Source: an uncultured Acidobacteriota bacterium
GTDB lineage: Bacteria > Acidobacteriota > Thermoanaerobaculia > Gp7-AA8
Direction: 5' to 3'
DNA: 64,000 nucleotides
Assembly (NCBI GenBank): GCA_963822445.1
Contig: CAWGHO010000002.1
Coordinates: 1,568,001 to 1,632,000 of the forward strand
Shown here: one piece after another, positions 38,467 through 49,316 of the stretch
How positions within the stretch are numbered: the stretch's first letter is position 1
Layout of the letters: every line of letters begins with the position of its first letter
The notes under the pieces: model-generated
Told to the model about the DNA's origin: nothing
Databases searched by the model: none
The model's input: only the letters and a program-made list of their open reading frames with translations
Program-made: the position numbers and the translations under genes

Positions 38467-39588
38467 ATGGGCATCGACAGACGTGATTTCGTCACCGCCG
38501 CCGCGGTGGCTTCGCTCGCCCCGGCCGCGCTGCTGGAGGCGGCGGAAAAGCACATGCTCCAGATGGGCGGGTATCCGCTCAACGCCGAAACGCCGCTCGA
38601 GCTGCTCACCGACTACCTGACCCCGAACGACATCTTCTTCGTGCGCAGCCACTGGATTCCGCGCATGCCGGATCCGAAAGCCTGGCGGCTGGCGATCGAT
38701 GGCGAGGTCAATCGCCCGCTCTCCCTTTCGCTGGCCGATCTCAAATCGATGGAGCGCGTCGAAGCGACGTGCGTGTTGCAGTGCGCCGGCAACGGCCGCG
38801 CGTTGCACCAGCCCGTGCTGCCGGGCGTGCAGTGGATGTATGGCGCGGTCGGCAATGCGAAGTGGGCGGGGGTTCGCGTGAAGGACGTGCTCGAGCGCGC
38901 GGGCGTGAAAGCCGGCGCCGCGCATCTGCATCTCTTCGGCAGCGACGACCCGCCCGGCAAAGTACCGCCGTTTCATCGCAGCATCGAGCTGGCGAAAGCG
39001 CTCGACGACTGCATCCTCGCCTACGAAATGAACGGGCAGCCGCTGCCGCAGGCGCACGGCGCGCCGCTGCGGCTCGTCGTTCCCGGCTGGGCCGGCGATC
39101 ACTGGATGAAATGGGTGGTGCGCATCACAGCCTCGTCGAAACCGCAGACCGGTTTCTTCATGGACACCGCCTATCGCTGGCCGCTGAAGCCCGGCGCGCC
39201 GGGCGTGACGTTCAAGCCCGAGGAGATGAAGCCGGTCACGGAGAACTTCGTGAAGTCGAACATCACCACCGCGCCGAAGAAGGCCCGCGTCGGTAAACCG
39301 GTCGACATCCGCGGCTTCGCCTTCTCCGGCGCGCCGGACATCGCCCGGGTCGACATCAGCGAAGACGGTGGCGCGACGTGGAAACTGGCCACGCTGGAGC
39401 CGCATCGCGCACCGCACGCCTGGCGGTTGTGGACGTACCGCTGGCCGCCGCGTCGTGCGGGCAAGGTCCGCCTGATTGCGCGCGCTACGGACAGTAGAGG
39501 CGTCGTCCAGCCGCGCAACGCGGTGTGGAATCAGAGCGGCTATCTCTACAACGGGTGGTATTCGGTCGAGATCGAGGTGACGGCGTGA
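38467..39588 (+). CDS. Tat-exported sulfite oxidase family molybdoenzyme (SorA-like)
   Basis: RRDF twin-arginine signal; FFVRSH, LQCAGNGR, HGAPLRLVVPGW.G and C-terminal dimerisation domain. Confidence 0.9.
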   Translation: MGIDRRDFVTAAAVASLAPAALLEAAEKHMLQMGGYPLNAETPLELLTDYLTPNDIFFVRSHWIPRMPDPKAWRLAIDGEVNRPLSLSLADLKSMERVEATCVLQCAGNGRALHQPVLPGVQWMYGAVGNAKWAGVRVKDVLERAGVKAGAAHLHLFGSDDPPGKVPPFHRSIELAKALDDCILAYEMNGQPLPQAHGAPLRLVVPGWAGDHWMKWVVRITASSKPQTGFFMDTAYRWPLKPGAPGVTFKPEEMKPVTENFVKSNITTAPKKARVGKPVDIRGFAFSGAPDIARVDISEDGGATWKLATLEPHRAPHAWRLWTYRWPPRRAGKVRLIARATDSRGVVQPRNAVWNQSGYLYNGWYSVEIEVTA

Positions 39589-39887
39589 TCGCCTACGCCC
39601 TGACCATCCTCATGGCCGTCCTGCCCATGCCCGGCACGCAGTTCAAGCAGTTGCCGAACGGTCCGGGCAAAGCTGAAGTCGAGGCCGCCTGCTACGCCTG
39701 CCACTCCGCGGACATCCTCGCCCAGCAGCGCCTGACCGAAAAACAGTGGCTGGCCAGCGTGGAAAAGATGGCCCGCTGGGGCGCGGTCGTGCCCGACGGG
39801 AAGAAGGACGTGATCGTGAAGTACCTGGCCCGGCACTTCGGGCCGACGAACAGGTTCGTGCCGATTCGGACGGGGCCGGTCCGGTAA
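39585..39887 (+). CDS. Small c-type cytochrome (SorB-like)
   Basis: CYACH heme motif and W...V.KM; GTGA-coupled to the sulfite oxidase. Confidence 0.82.
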   Translation: MIAYALTILMAVLPMPGTQFKQLPNGPGKAEVEAACYACHSADILAQQRLTEKQWLASVEKMARWGAVVPDGKKDVIVKYLARHFGPTNRFVPIRTGPVR

Positions 39888-39953
39888 CGCCCGCGCTACA
39901 CCCCGTAGACCGGGAAGACCTTCGCCCCGCCCGGAGTTAGATTGGTTCCTTCC

Positions 39954-42788
39954 ATGGATTCAATCGTCATCCGCGGTGCACGCGAGCACAACCTCAAAAA
40001 CATCGACGTAGTCGTCCCCCGCAACAAGTTCGTGGTCATCACGGGCGTGTCCGGCTCGGGGAAATCCTCCCTGGCCTTCGACACCATCTTTGCCGAGGGG
40101 CAGCGGCGCTACGTCGAGTCCCTCTCGGCTTACGCCCGGCAGTTCCTCGAGCAGATGGAAAAGCCGGACGTCGACTCGATCGAAGGCCTCTCGCCGGCCA
40201 TCTCCATCGAGCAGCGCACCACCTCGCGCAACCCGCGCTCGACTGTCGGCACGGTTACGGAGATCTACGACTACCTCCGCCTCCTCTACGCCTCGATCGG
40301 CACACCGCACTGCACGAGCTGCGGCCAGGAGATCCGCCCCCAGACCATCCAGCAGATGGTCGACAAGCTGCTGCTGCTGCCGCAGGGGACGAAGTTCACG
40401 ATCCTCGCGCCGTACGTCCGGGGCAAGAAGGGCGAGTACCGCAAGCAGATGCTGCAGATGGTGAAGGAAGGCTTCACCCACGCCATCGTCAACGGGCAGG
40501 AAGTCGAGCTGTCCGATCCACCCACGCTCGACAAGCAGAAGAAGCACACCATCGACATCCGCATCGACCGCATCGTGGTGAAAGAGGGGATCGCCCAGCG
40601 TCTGGCCGATTCGCTCGAAACCGCCACGCGCGTGACGAAGGGCCTGGTCAAGATCCTCTACCAGGAGGACAAGCGCGAAGAGCTGCTCTCGCAGAACTAC
40701 GCCTGTCCCGACTGCGGCGTCTCCATCGGCGAGATCACGCCGCGTCTCTTCTCCTTCAACTCCCCGTACGGCGCCTGCCCGCGTTGCTCGGGCCTGGGCG
40801 TGCTGTTGGAGATCGACGAGCGCAAGATCGTTCCCGACCCGTCGAAGGCCATCACCGACGGCGCGATCGCCCTCTGGAAAGAAGGCTCGGAGCACTGGCG
40901 CCTGAAGCAGATCCACACGCTGGCCAAACACTACAAATTCAAGCTCGAGACGCCGTGGCAGAAGCTGCCCGAAAAGGCCCGCAACTGCATCCTCTACGGC
41001 TCGGAAGAGAAGCTGAAGTTCGAGTTCCAGGGCTCGGACAGCACCTACTCGTACAACGGCACCTATGAAGGCGTCGTTCCGATGCTGAAGCGCCGCTATC
41101 ACGAGTCCGATTCGGAAGACATTCGCGAAGAGATCGAGCGCTTCATGACGCCCACGAAGTGCCCGGATTGCAAGGGCCGCCGGCTGAAACCCGAAGCGCT
41201 GAGCGTGACCGTCGCGGGAAGCTCGATCGATCAGCTCGTGAAGCAGCAGCTTCAGGACGCGGACGTTTTCTTCAGGAACGTGAGCCTCACGCCGCGCGAG
41301 GAAGCGATCGCCGGCAAGATCCTCAAGGAAGTCCGTGACCGCCTCGGCTTTCTCAACGCCGTCGGCGTTGGTTACCTGACTCTCGATCGCAACGCCGCGT
41401 CGCTCTCCGGCGGCGAGGCCCAGCGCATCCGTCTGGCCACGCAGATCGGCTCGAAGCTGATGGGCGTGCTGTACGTGCTCGATGAGCCGTCGATCGGTCT
41501 GCATCAGCGCGACAACCGTCGTCTCATCGACTCGCTCCTCGAGCTCCGCGACCTCGGCAACACGGTGATCGTCGTCGAGCACGACGAGGAAACGATCGAG
41601 ACCGCGGACCACATCATCGACCTCGGCCCCCGCGCCGGCGTGCACGGCGGCGAGATCGTCGCCGAAGGGACGCTCGAGCAGATCAAGACGTTCCCGAGCT
41701 CACTGACGGCGAAGTATCTGCGCGGCGACGCGGAGATCGCCGTTCCCGCGCTACGCCGCAAGCCGAACGGCAAGAAGCTGGTCATCCGCGGCGCGAAACA
41801 GAACAACCTCAAGAACCTCGATGTCGAGTTCCCGCTCGGCGTGTTCATCGCCGTGACCGGCGTGAGCGGCTCGGGGAAATCGACGCTCGTCAACGACATC
41901 CTCTACAAGGCGCTGTCGAAGCATTTCTACGACGCGATCGACACGCCGGGCGAGCACGATCGCATCGATGGGCTGGAACTGATCGACAAGGTCATCGACA
42001 TCGATCAGTCGCCGATCGGACGCACGCCGCGCTCGAATCCCGCGACGTACACGCAGCTCTTCGGCGAGATCCGCAATCTGATGTCGGCCACTCCGGAAGC
42101 GCGCATGCGCGGATATGGACCGGGGCGTTTCTCCTTCAACGTGAAGGGCGGCCGCTGCGAGGCGTGCAAGGGCGACGGGCAGATCAAGATCGAGATGCAC
42201 TTCATGCCCGACATCTACGTGAAGTGCGACGTCTGCGGCGGCAAGCGCTACAACCGCGAGACGCTCGAGGTGAAGTACAAGGGCTACTCGATCGCCGAGA
42301 TCCTGGACATGACCGTCGAGCAGTCGATCGACGTGTTCCGCAACGTCCCGCGCATCTTCAACATCCTGCACACCCTCGATGAAGTGGGCCTCGGCTACAT
42401 CACCCTCGGCCAGTCCTCGACGACGCTCTCCGGCGGTGAAGCGCAACGCGTGAAACTGGCAAAAGAGCTCGCGAAACGCGCCACGGGGAAGACGCTCTAC
42501 ATCCTCGACGAGCCGACCACCGGCCTGCATTTCGACGACGTGTCCAAGCTCCTCCACCTGATGCACGGCCTCGTCGATCGCGGGAACACAGTGGTGGTGA
42601 TCGAGCACAACCTCGACGTCGTCAAAACCGCCGACCACGTCATCGACCTCGGCCCCGAAGGCGGCGACGGCGGCGGCCGCGTCATCGCCTGCGGCACCCC
42701 CGAGCAGGTCGCCAAAACCAAAGGCAGCCCCACGGCGCTCTACCTGAAAAAGATGCTCGCGAAGGAATCCGTCCTGCGGCTTACGTAG
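39954..42788 (+). CDS. uvrA: Excinuclease ABC subunit A
   Basis: [10 protein letters not shown], two GVSGSGKS Walker A, two LSGGEAQR signatures and zinc fingers. Confidence 0.98.
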   Translation: MDSIVIRGAREHNLKNIDVVVPRNKFVVITGVSGSGKSSLAFDTIFAEGQRRYVESLSAYARQFLEQMEKPDVDSIEGLSPAISIEQRTTSRNPRSTVGTVTEIYDYLRLLYASIGTPHCTSCGQEIRPQTIQQMVDKLLLLPQGTKFTILAPYVRGKKGEYRKQMLQMVKEGFTHAIVNGQEVELSDPPTLDKQKKHTIDIRIDRIVVKEGIAQRLADSLETATRVTKGLVKILYQEDKREELLSQNYACPDCGVSIGEITPRLFSFNSPYGACPRCSGLGVLLEIDERKIVPDPSKAITDGAIALWKEGSEHWRLKQIHTLAKHYKFKLETPWQKLPEKARNCILYGSEEKLKFEFQGSDSTYSYNGTYEGVVPMLKRRYHESDSEDIREEIERFMTPTKCPDCKGRRLKPEALSVTVAGSSIDQLVKQQLQDADVFFRNVSLTPREEAIAGKILKEVRDRLGFLNAVGVGYLTLDRNAASLSGGEAQRIRLATQIGSKLMGVLYVLDEPSIGLHQRDNRRLIDSLLELRDLGNTVIVVEHDEETIETADHIIDLGPRAGVHGGEIVAEGTLEQIKTFPSSLTAKYLRGDAEIAVPALRRKPNGKKLVIRGAKQNNLKNLDVEFPLGVFIAVTGVSGSGKSTLVNDILYKALSKHFYDAIDTPGEHDRIDGLELIDKVIDIDQSPIGRTPRSNPATYTQLFGEIRNLMSATPEARMRGYGPGRFSFNVKGGRCEACKGDGQIKIEMHFMPDIYVKCDVCGGKRYNRETLEVKYKGYSIAEILDMTVEQSIDVFRNVPRIFNILHTLDEVGLGYITLGQSSTTLSGGEAQRVKLAKELAKRATGKTLYILDEPTTGLHFDDVSKLLHLMHGLVDRGNTVVVIEHNLDVVKTADHVIDLGPEGGDGGGRVIACGTPEQVAKTKGSPTALYLKKMLAKESVLRLT

Positions 42789-42836
42789 CGTACGGCGGGC
42801 GTCCCGCCCGCCCCCGCCGGGCGTTTCGCCCGGCGG
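42789..42836. repeat. REP element downstream of RAYT
   Basis: CGTACGGCGGGCGTCCCGCCCGC plus a CCGGGCGTTTCGCCCGG hairpin. Confidence 0.8.
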
Positions 42837-42839
42837 TAC

Positions 42840-43454
42840 CCTCTCCGGATAACTCCCCACAAACGGCCAGTCGATCAATCCCGCGTTCGCCGGATTCCCC
42901 ACCACATACTCAATCGTCGCCGCCAGCTCGCGCGAATCACGCACGACCCGGTTGTAGTAATCCTCCCGCCAGAACGCGCCAGCTCGCCCCAACGCGGCAT
43001 TCGCCTGCTTCGCTGTGAACGACTTCCAGCTGTGAACCACGCGTTCGAGTTGCACGACACCTATCAACACCGCATGCACATGATTCGGCATCACGCACCA
43101 CGCCAGTAGTCGATACCGCTGCTCATCGAAGTGAGTAATGGCGCTCGCGACAATCTGCGCGATCCGCGGGTCGCGCATGGAGCACGAGCCATGAGCATGA
43201 TCGAGTGATTCGCCGATCCGCGCGTCCACCCATTGCCGAATCGCGATCTTCTCGGCGGGCGTAAGGTCGCCACGGCTGTTCCGAATCAGTGCAACTTGCG
43301 CAGCAGCTTCGTCCTGAATCTGTTGATGCACCTGCCGCGGAAGAGCATCGAACAGGTTGAACGTCACAAACTGAATCCCATGTTCGACGTCCCAATGCGG
43401 CAGCCGATTGCGCTTGTGAACTGTGACTTGGCCAAGATCGAATTTCATAGCCAT
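42840..43454 (-). mobile_element. REP-associated tyrosine transposase (RAYT, IS200/Y1 HUH family); recognisable domain only, ORF continues to 41751
   Basis: RLPHW, FVTF.L, WCVMPNHVH (HUH), WKSFTA, FWREDYYNR and YVVGNP; flanked by REPs on both sides. Confidence 0.88.
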
Positions 43455-43475
43455 CCGAGGCTACCTCGGTCCCTG

Positions 43476-43602
43476 CGTACGGCGGGCGTCCCGCCCGCCT
43501 ACCGCCGGGCTTCCAGCCCGGCAGTACTCATAAATCCACGCAACGTAGAACCAGCGCCGGGCGACACGCCCGGCGCGTAGCGGGCGGGACGCCCGCCCTA
43601 CG
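43476..43602. repeat. REP doublet (REPIN-like) upstream of RAYT
   Basis: CGTACGGCGGGCGTCCCGCCCGC ... GCGGGCGGGACGCCCGCCCTACG inverted pair. Confidence 0.82.
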
Positions 43603-43617
43603 TGCGAGTATTCGCGG

Positions 43618-44238
43618 ATGACCCGCCTCTTCCTCCTATCCCCCGCCAACCTCAATGGCCTTCGCGCGAAGATGGTCACTTCGCCGCGGGCTAAGTTCGA
43701 GCTGGCGGTGCAGTACCGGTCGGAGGGTGGCGTACCCATCGGCGACGCGTTCGCGTTCATGTCCTCGCTCTACTTTCGCGGGAAGATTGCGTATGCGCGT
43801 CGGTTCGCGGTGCTTTCGCCGGTCATCGGGGGCGACGGCATCTTCATCATCACCTCGGGGTACGGACTCGTTCCACCCGACTGGCGGCTCAACGAAGAAC
43901 GCATGAAAAAGATGAAGAAGATCGACGTCGACGCCGCGACGCGCAGCTACACGAAGCCGCTCAAAGAACACGCCGAGCTGCTGAAGAAAGCGCTCGAAGA
44001 CGACGCGGAGGTCGTTCTCCTCGGCAGCATCGCCACCGGCAAGTACGTGGACGTGCTTCGTCCGATCCTTGGCCCGCACCTGCGGTTCCCAAAGCTCTTC
44101 GCCGGCCTTGGCGACATGGCCAGGGGCGGATTGATGCTCCGCGCGGCGCGTGCTGGCAAAGAGCTCGAATACACGACTCTCGACGCGCCACGCCATCGCG
44201 CTCCGGGCACGAGCGGAAAAATGCCGAAAATAGAATGA
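43618..44238 (+). CDS. Uncharacterised protein coupled to the Prim-Pol/ligase genes
   Basis: 206-aa ORF with LYFRGK, IITSGYGLV and VVLLGSIATGKY; ATGA overlap with the next gene. Confidence 0.75.
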   Translation: MTRLFLLSPANLNGLRAKMVTSPRAKFELAVQYRSEGGVPIGDAFAFMSSLYFRGKIAYARRFAVLSPVIGGDGIFIITSGYGLVPPDWRLNEERMKKMKKIDVDAATRSYTKPLKEHAELLKKALEDDAEVVLLGSIATGKYVDVLRPILGPHLRFPKLFAGLGDMARGGLMLRAARAGKELEYTTLDAPRHRAPGTSGKMPKIE

Positions 44239-45160
44239 AGCGAGTGGTCATCCCCACCGACACGAACGAAGTGATCCTGAAGTTCGGGCCGCGCGAAGTC
44301 CGCCTCACGAACCTCAACAAACCGTTCTGGAAGAAGCTCGGCATCGCCAAGCGCGACCTGCTGCAGTACTACGCCGACGTTTCGCCGTGGCTCGTCCCGC
44401 ACGTCGCCGGGCGGGCCATGGTCATGAAGCGGTATCCGAATGGTGCCGAGGGCGATTTCTTCTACATGAAGCGCGCGCCGGAGCCGCGGCCGGCGTGGAT
44501 CGACATCTGCCCGATTCAGCACGAGGAGATGATCCACTTCCCGATCGTCCAGGACCTCCCCTCGCTGCTCTGGCTGATCAACCTCGGCTGCATCGATCTC
44601 AACCCCTGGTACGCACGCTGCGACGACACCGATCGCCCCGACTTTCTGCACTTCGATCTCGATCCCGGCCCCGGCGCGGACTTCGAGAAGGTTCGACAGT
44701 GGCGCTGCACGTCCGCGACATCCTCGGCGCGCTGAACATGCCCACCTATCCGAAGACCACCGGGTCGAAGGGCATTCACGTCTACATTCCCATCGTCCGC
44801 GGCCCGCTGCAGAAGGAAGTGTGGACGTTCGCGAAGGCCATCGCCATCGAGCTCGAATCGCGCCATCCCGATGTGATCACCGCCGAATACCGCAAGGTGA
44901 AGCGGCCGCACGGGCGCGTGCTCGTCGACTACAACCAGAACGCGTGGGGGCGCACCCTCGCGTCGATCTACTCCGTCCGGCCGACACCGTTCGCGGGCGT
45001 GTCGATGCCGGTGACGTGGGAGGAGATCGAACGCGGTGTGAAGATCGATGACTTCCGCATCGACAACGCCATCGCCCGCCTCAACGACGTCGGCGATCTC
45101 TGGAAGCCGGTCGTCGCGAAGACGAAGAGAGTGAATCTGTACAAGGTATTCAAGAAATGA
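44235..45160 (+). CDS. Stand-alone LigD-type primase-polymerase domain; 1-nt frameshift near 44695
   Basis: RYPNG, FDLDPG in frame 1; KTTGSKGIHVYIP, LVDYNQN and YSVRP in frame 2. Confidence 0.88.
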
Positions 45161-46188
45161 CTTTGCCTCTCGCACCGCCCTATCCGCCGATGGAGGCGAA
45201 ACGGGTCGACAAAATCCCGGCCGGCGACCACTGGCTGTTCGAGCCGAAGTGGGACGGCTTTCGCGCGATCGTCTTCCGCGACGGCGACGACATCTCCATT
45301 CAATCGAAGGCCGGCCAGCCGCTGGCGCGTTACTTTCCGGAGATCGTCGACGCAATCCGCTCGCTGAAGCAGAAGGAGCTCGTGCTCGATGGCGAGATCG
45401 TCGTGCCCGTCGACGGCGTCCTTTCGTTCGATCATCTGCTGCAGCGCATTCATCCCGCCGAATCGCGGATCAAGAAGCTCGCGGCGCAGACGCCGTCGCA
45501 CTACTACATCTTCGACATCCTGGCGTTGAAGACGAAGGACTTCACCGCTCTGCCGATCGAAGAGCGCCGCGAGAAACTCGACGCGTTTTTCGAAGGGGTC
45601 GATCACGAACTGCTGCATCTCTCGCCGGCGACAACGGACCGCAAGATCGCCGTGGACTGGTTCGACAAGTTCGGCTCCCTCGGACTCGACGGCGTGATGG
45701 CCAAGCGCCTCGGCGAGCGGTATCACTCCGGCGATCGCGAAGGCATGGTCAAGGTCAAACACCTCAAGACCGCCGATTGCGTGGTCGGCGGTTTTCGCTA
45801 CGGCGAAGGAACGAAGAGCGTCGGCTCGCTCCTCCTCGGCCTCTACGACGATGAAGGACGGCTCGTGTACATCGGCCACACCTCGTCGATCAAGAAAACG
45901 GAGCGCGATGCGCTGACGAAGAAGCTCGAAGCGCTTCGCGGCGAAAACGTGTTCGAGGTGCGCGTTCCCGGCGGACCAAGCCGCTGGGCGACGGAGAAGA
46001 GCGGCGAGTGGGAGCCGGTGAAGCCGACGCTGGTCTGCGAGGTCGAGTTCGACTACTTCTCGCAGGGCCGCTTCCGCCACGGCTCGAAATTCCTCCGCTG
46101 GCGGCCGGACAAAGATCCGAAACAGTGCACGATGGAGCAGGTCCTGCCGCCGAAAGCGAAAGGAAAGACCTTGAAGGGGATGTTCTGA
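45157..46188 (+). CDS. ATP-dependent DNA ligase (LigC-like)
   Basis: EPKWDGFR (KxDG), LDGEIV, DGVMAK, KVKH..TADCVVGG and RWRPDK. Confidence 0.92.
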   Translation: MTLPLAPPYPPMEAKRVDKIPAGDHWLFEPKWDGFRAIVFRDGDDISIQSKAGQPLARYFPEIVDAIRSLKQKELVLDGEIVVPVDGVLSFDHLLQRIHPAESRIKKLAAQTPSHYYIFDILALKTKDFTALPIEERREKLDAFFEGVDHELLHLSPATTDRKIAVDWFDKFGSLGLDGVMAKRLGERYHSGDREGMVKVKHLKTADCVVGGFRYGEGTKSVGSLLLGLYDDEGRLVYIGHTSSIKKTERDALTKKLEALRGENVFEVRVPGGPSRWATEKSGEWEPVKPTLVCEVEFDYFSQGRFRHGSKFLRWRPDKDPKQCTMEQVLPPKAKGKTLKGMF

Positions 46189-46193
46189 GCGGC

Positions 46194-47576
46194 GTGAAAA
46201 GGCTCCTGGTTTTCCTGACGCTGTTCGCAGCCTCCGCCGCGTCCGCGCAAACGGTCCGCATCACGGAAAAGCCCGCAGGTCTCGTCGCCGGAACGCTCAT
46301 CGTCCCCGTTGTCGCCACCGAACCGGTGGAGAAGCTCGTGTTCACCGTGAACGGCGCGAAGTGGGCGGAGGTGAACGGGCGGACGATGAACGTGCAGGCC
46401 AACGTCGGCTTCTACATCCGCCGCCTGCGCATGCGCGCAACCGGGTACGACGCGCAGGGGAACGCGGTCGGTTTCGACGAGGTGGTGGTCAATGATCCGC
46501 GACCGCCATTCCGCGTCCGGCTGCAGGCGCCGCCGCAGTGGCCCGAAACGGGAACGATCGAGCTGCACGCGAACGTGACCCGTCCGGCGGAGATCCGCAT
46601 CGCCGGCGTCGATTTCTTCGTCGGCGAAGAGAAAGTCGGGAGCGACGACGCGGCACCATACAGCGTTAGCGTGGACACGACGAAGTTCCCCGGCGCGATC
46701 TACGCGCGGGTCGTTGCACGTGCGACGAGTGCCGAGGAGTCGAATGATGTTTTCTTCTTCGGCGATCGTGCGCGGGAGCAGATCGACGTCACCGTGCAGC
46801 AGATTCCGCTGTCGATCGCGCAGGGAACGACGCCGCTGCGCGCGGAGCACCTCACGCTCCTCGACAACGGCGCGCCGCGAAAGATCGAGAATCTCGTCGC
46901 CGCGAGCGATCAGCCGCTGCATGTGATTCTGCTGATCGATTACTCCGAGAGCATGCTCGAGGAATTGCCGGTGGTGAAGGCGGCCGCGAAGCAGTTCGCG
47001 AAGGCGCTGCTGCGGCCGCAGGATCGGATCGCGGTGGTGGGCTTCAATCAGAAGACGTTCTGGTTGACCGGCTACACGAACGATTGGAACGGCGTGGCCC
47101 AGGCCGTCGATCGCGTGCAGCCGATCGGCGAAACGCATCTGTACGACAGCGTGGTGGAGATGTTGTACGAGCTGCAGAAAACGCCCGGCCGCCATGCGCT
47201 GGTCGTGCTGACGGACGGCGTCGATCAGGGCAGCCGCTTCAAGCTCGAGCACCTCGTGCATTACGCGCGCTACGCCGGCGTGCCGGTCTATCCGATCGTG
47301 AAGAACAAATCGCTGTCGCGCTGGATGAAGCTCGGCGTGGGGCGTTTGCAGGCGCGGCGCCTCGCGCGGATCGCCGAAGAGACCGGCGCGACATACTTCA
47401 TCATCCAGGCCGAGCGCGAGCTCCCGGCGGTGTACGCGCGGCTGGCGAATGAGCTCCGCCAGCAATATCTGGTCGTCTTTCACTCCGAGGCGTCGATTCC
47501 GGACGAGTGGCGGGCGCTGAAGATCACGTCGAGTGGCGGACACCAGTTGCGGATTCCGCGCGGGTATTTCCCGTGA
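46194..47576 (+). CDS. Secreted Ig-like + VWA domain protein
   Basis: Signal peptide, MIDAS DYSESM, THLYD, LTDGVD and ETG. Confidence 0.85.
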   Translation: MKRLLVFLTLFAASAASAQTVRITEKPAGLVAGTLIVPVVATEPVEKLVFTVNGAKWAEVNGRTMNVQANVGFYIRRLRMRATGYDAQGNAVGFDEVVVNDPRPPFRVRLQAPPQWPETGTIELHANVTRPAEIRIAGVDFFVGEEKVGSDDAAPYSVSVDTTKFPGAIYARVVARATSAEESNDVFFFGDRAREQIDVTVQQIPLSIAQGTTPLRAEHLTLLDNGAPRKIENLVAASDQPLHVILLIDYSESMLEELPVVKAAAKQFAKALLRPQDRIAVVGFNQKTFWLTGYTNDWNGVAQAVDRVQPIGETHLYDSVVEMLYELQKTPGRHALVVLTDGVDQGSRFKLEHLVHYARYAGVPVYPIVKNKSLSRWMKLGVGRLQARRLARIAEETGATYFIIQAERELPAVYARLANELRQQYLVVFHSEASIPDEWRALKITSSGGHQLRIPRGYFP

Positions 47577-47609
47577 TGGAGTGCGGCGGCTCTGCCGCCG
47601 CACTCCATC
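47575..47609. repeat. Perfect 16-bp palindromic hairpin (REP-like)
   Basis: GATGGAGTGCGGCGGC-TCT-GCCGCCGCACTCCATC. Confidence 0.8.
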
Positions 47610-47706
47610 CGGCACAGACCGTGAAACCTGTACGAGCGTCGTGCACCAACCGGGCTCGCCCCTTTATCCCGAGGCGCAAAAGCGCCACCGCATTCACCGC
47701 GGTCTC

Positions 47707-48792
47707 GTGACCGAGCGGCAGGAGCACATCTTCGAGTGGATCGCGGTCATCGTCGTGCTGCTCTACCTCACGGCGTGGGTGGCGGCGGTCGCGGAGATCC
47801 AGCGCGTGCGCAATACGCCCGTGCCGGTCGCGGGAGGCAGTCACGAAGAGCCCGCCGAGCTGCCGCCGCGGCCTACGACGAAGATTGCCGACAGCCTTCT
47901 ACCTTCGCCGGCGGCGCCGACCTTTCTCAACGACGCGATGCTCGAGTTTCTGCATCCGTTGCGCGGGCAGAGCGGGGAGTTGCGCTACGCGCCGGCCCTT
48001 CCCGGGTCGCGCGTCGTCCAGGGCGCACCGGGCGCGGCGGCGATCATCGAAGGGGGCGAGGTCGGCGATTTCGCGGCGCCGAGGGAACCGGGCATCTACA
48101 ACTTCTCGGTGGAGATGAACAAAGCCCGGCGCGACATCGAGAACATCAGCATCGTCACGCTGGTCCCCCGCTCGCAGAAGCGCGGCGGGCGAATCGGCAG
48201 GTATCAGCTCGGATCCTGGCCGTTCGAAGGGGGCGGCAAGCCTCGTTCGCCGCGTTATGCCGCGCCGGCGGGATTCATCGAAGTCACGCCCGAAAATCAG
48301 AACTTTCAGGTCTCCGAGCACTTTCGCCTCAAGCAATTCCTGACCAAAGACCAGCACAACGTCTGGCCGAAGTACCTGCCCCTCGATCCGCTGCTGGTGG
48401 ACAAGCTCGAACTGACGATTCAGGAGTTGCAGAAGCAGGGCGTGCGGGTGGAGCACGTCCACGTCATGAGCGGGTTCCGTACGCCGCGGTACAACGCGGG
48501 CGGCGGCAACACATCCGGCCGGGCCAATCTCAGCCGTCACATGTACGGCGATGGCGCGGACGTGTACGTCGACAACAACCGCGACGGCCATCCCGACGAC
48601 ATCACCGGCGACGGGCGGGTGACGGTGCGGGACGCGGAGAAGTTCGCGGCCGCGGCCGAGAGGGTGGAGCGCAATCATCGATCGCTTGTCGGCGGCATCG
48701 GCATCTACGTTGCCTGCTGCGGGCACGGTCCTTTCACTCACATTGATGTTCGCGGCTCCCGCGCCCGTTGGCGGGGGAGCGGTAGCGGATGA
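47707..48792 (+). CDS. Membrane-anchored peptidase M15/YcbK-like protein
   Basis: N-terminal TM; SGFRTPRYN, SRHMYGDGAD and HIDVRG Zn ligands. Confidence 0.82.
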   Translation: MTERQEHIFEWIAVIVVLLYLTAWVAAVAEIQRVRNTPVPVAGGSHEEPAELPPRPTTKIADSLLPSPAAPTFLNDAMLEFLHPLRGQSGELRYAPALPGSRVVQGAPGAAAIIEGGEVGDFAAPREPGIYNFSVEMNKARRDIENISIVTLVPRSQKRGGRIGRYQLGSWPFEGGGKPRSPRYAAPAGFIEVTPENQNFQVSEHFRLKQFLTKDQHNVWPKYLPLDPLLVDKLELTIQELQKQGVRVEHVHVMSGFRTPRYNAGGGNTSGRANLSRHMYGDGADVYVDNNRDGHPDDITGDGRVTVRDAEKFAAAAERVERNHRSLVGGIGIYVACCGHGPFTHIDVRGSRARWRGSGSG

Positions 48793-48805
48793 ACGAGGAG
48801 GTTCC

Positions 48806-49243
48806 GTGGTTGACGAAGTAACGAAGTGTCCCGAGTGTCATTCGCCGCGTCCGGATCTGACGACGACGTGTCCGACGTGCGGCGCGCCGCCGGCGCGCGA
48901 GGGCGATGCCCGACACGCTGAAAGCGAGGTCCGTACGCAGGACCTCGAGCCGTACATCACCCTTCGCTACATCGCGAAGCTCTTCAAAGTTCTCGCGGTG
49001 CTGATGGTGATCCTGATGATCGGCGAGATCATCGCCGGGCTGACGTCGGAAGGCGCGGCCTCGCTCGTGGAGCTGATCGGCGAGATCACCCAGATGCTCG
49101 TTCTGGCAGGGTTGATGTGGGGCGGCGGCGATCTGACGCTGCTGCTGATCGATGCCGGCCACGATCTGCGCGTGGCCCGCATTCTCCTGGGCCGGATCAA
49201 CGCCGAGCTGCACCGGCGGGGGATGCCGGAGCAGACGAAGTAA
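48806..49243 (+). CDS. Zinc-ribbon plus two-TM membrane protein
   Basis: GAGGAGG RBS; CPEC...CPTC followed by two hydrophobic helices. Confidence 0.72.
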   Translation: MVDEVTKCPECHSPRPDLTTTCPTCGAPPAREGDARHAESEVRTQDLEPYITLRYIAKLFKVLAVLMVILMIGEIIAGLTSEGAASLVELIGEITQMLVLAGLMWGGGDLTLLLIDAGHDLRVARILLGRINAELHRRGMPEQTK

Positions 49244-49245
49244 AG

Positions 49246-49313
49246 GTGTAGTGTGGGCCTCCGGCCTACCTCCGGGCGGTGGCCGAAGGTAGGCCGGGAG
49301 GCCCACACTACAC
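49246..49313. repeat. GTAG-type REP-like hairpin between convergent genes
   Basis: GTGTAGTGTGGGCCTCC ... GGAGGCCCACACTACAC. Confidence 0.8.
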
Positions 49314-49316
49314 GGG

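Noticed and set aside
37060-41645. Very long antisense ORFs (37060-39417 and 39960-41645; similarly 9699-11465, 18070-19920, 46053-47615)
   Set aside because: They mirror well-supported genes on the other strand and have no motifs; these are expected shadows in high-GC DNA.
44680-44710. Programmed frameshift in the Prim-Pol gene
   Set aside because: No slippery heptamer at the site; a one-base deletion fits the error pattern elsewhere.
44235-46188. Canonical NHEJ operon
   Set aside because: No Ku gene and no phosphoesterase domain in the window.
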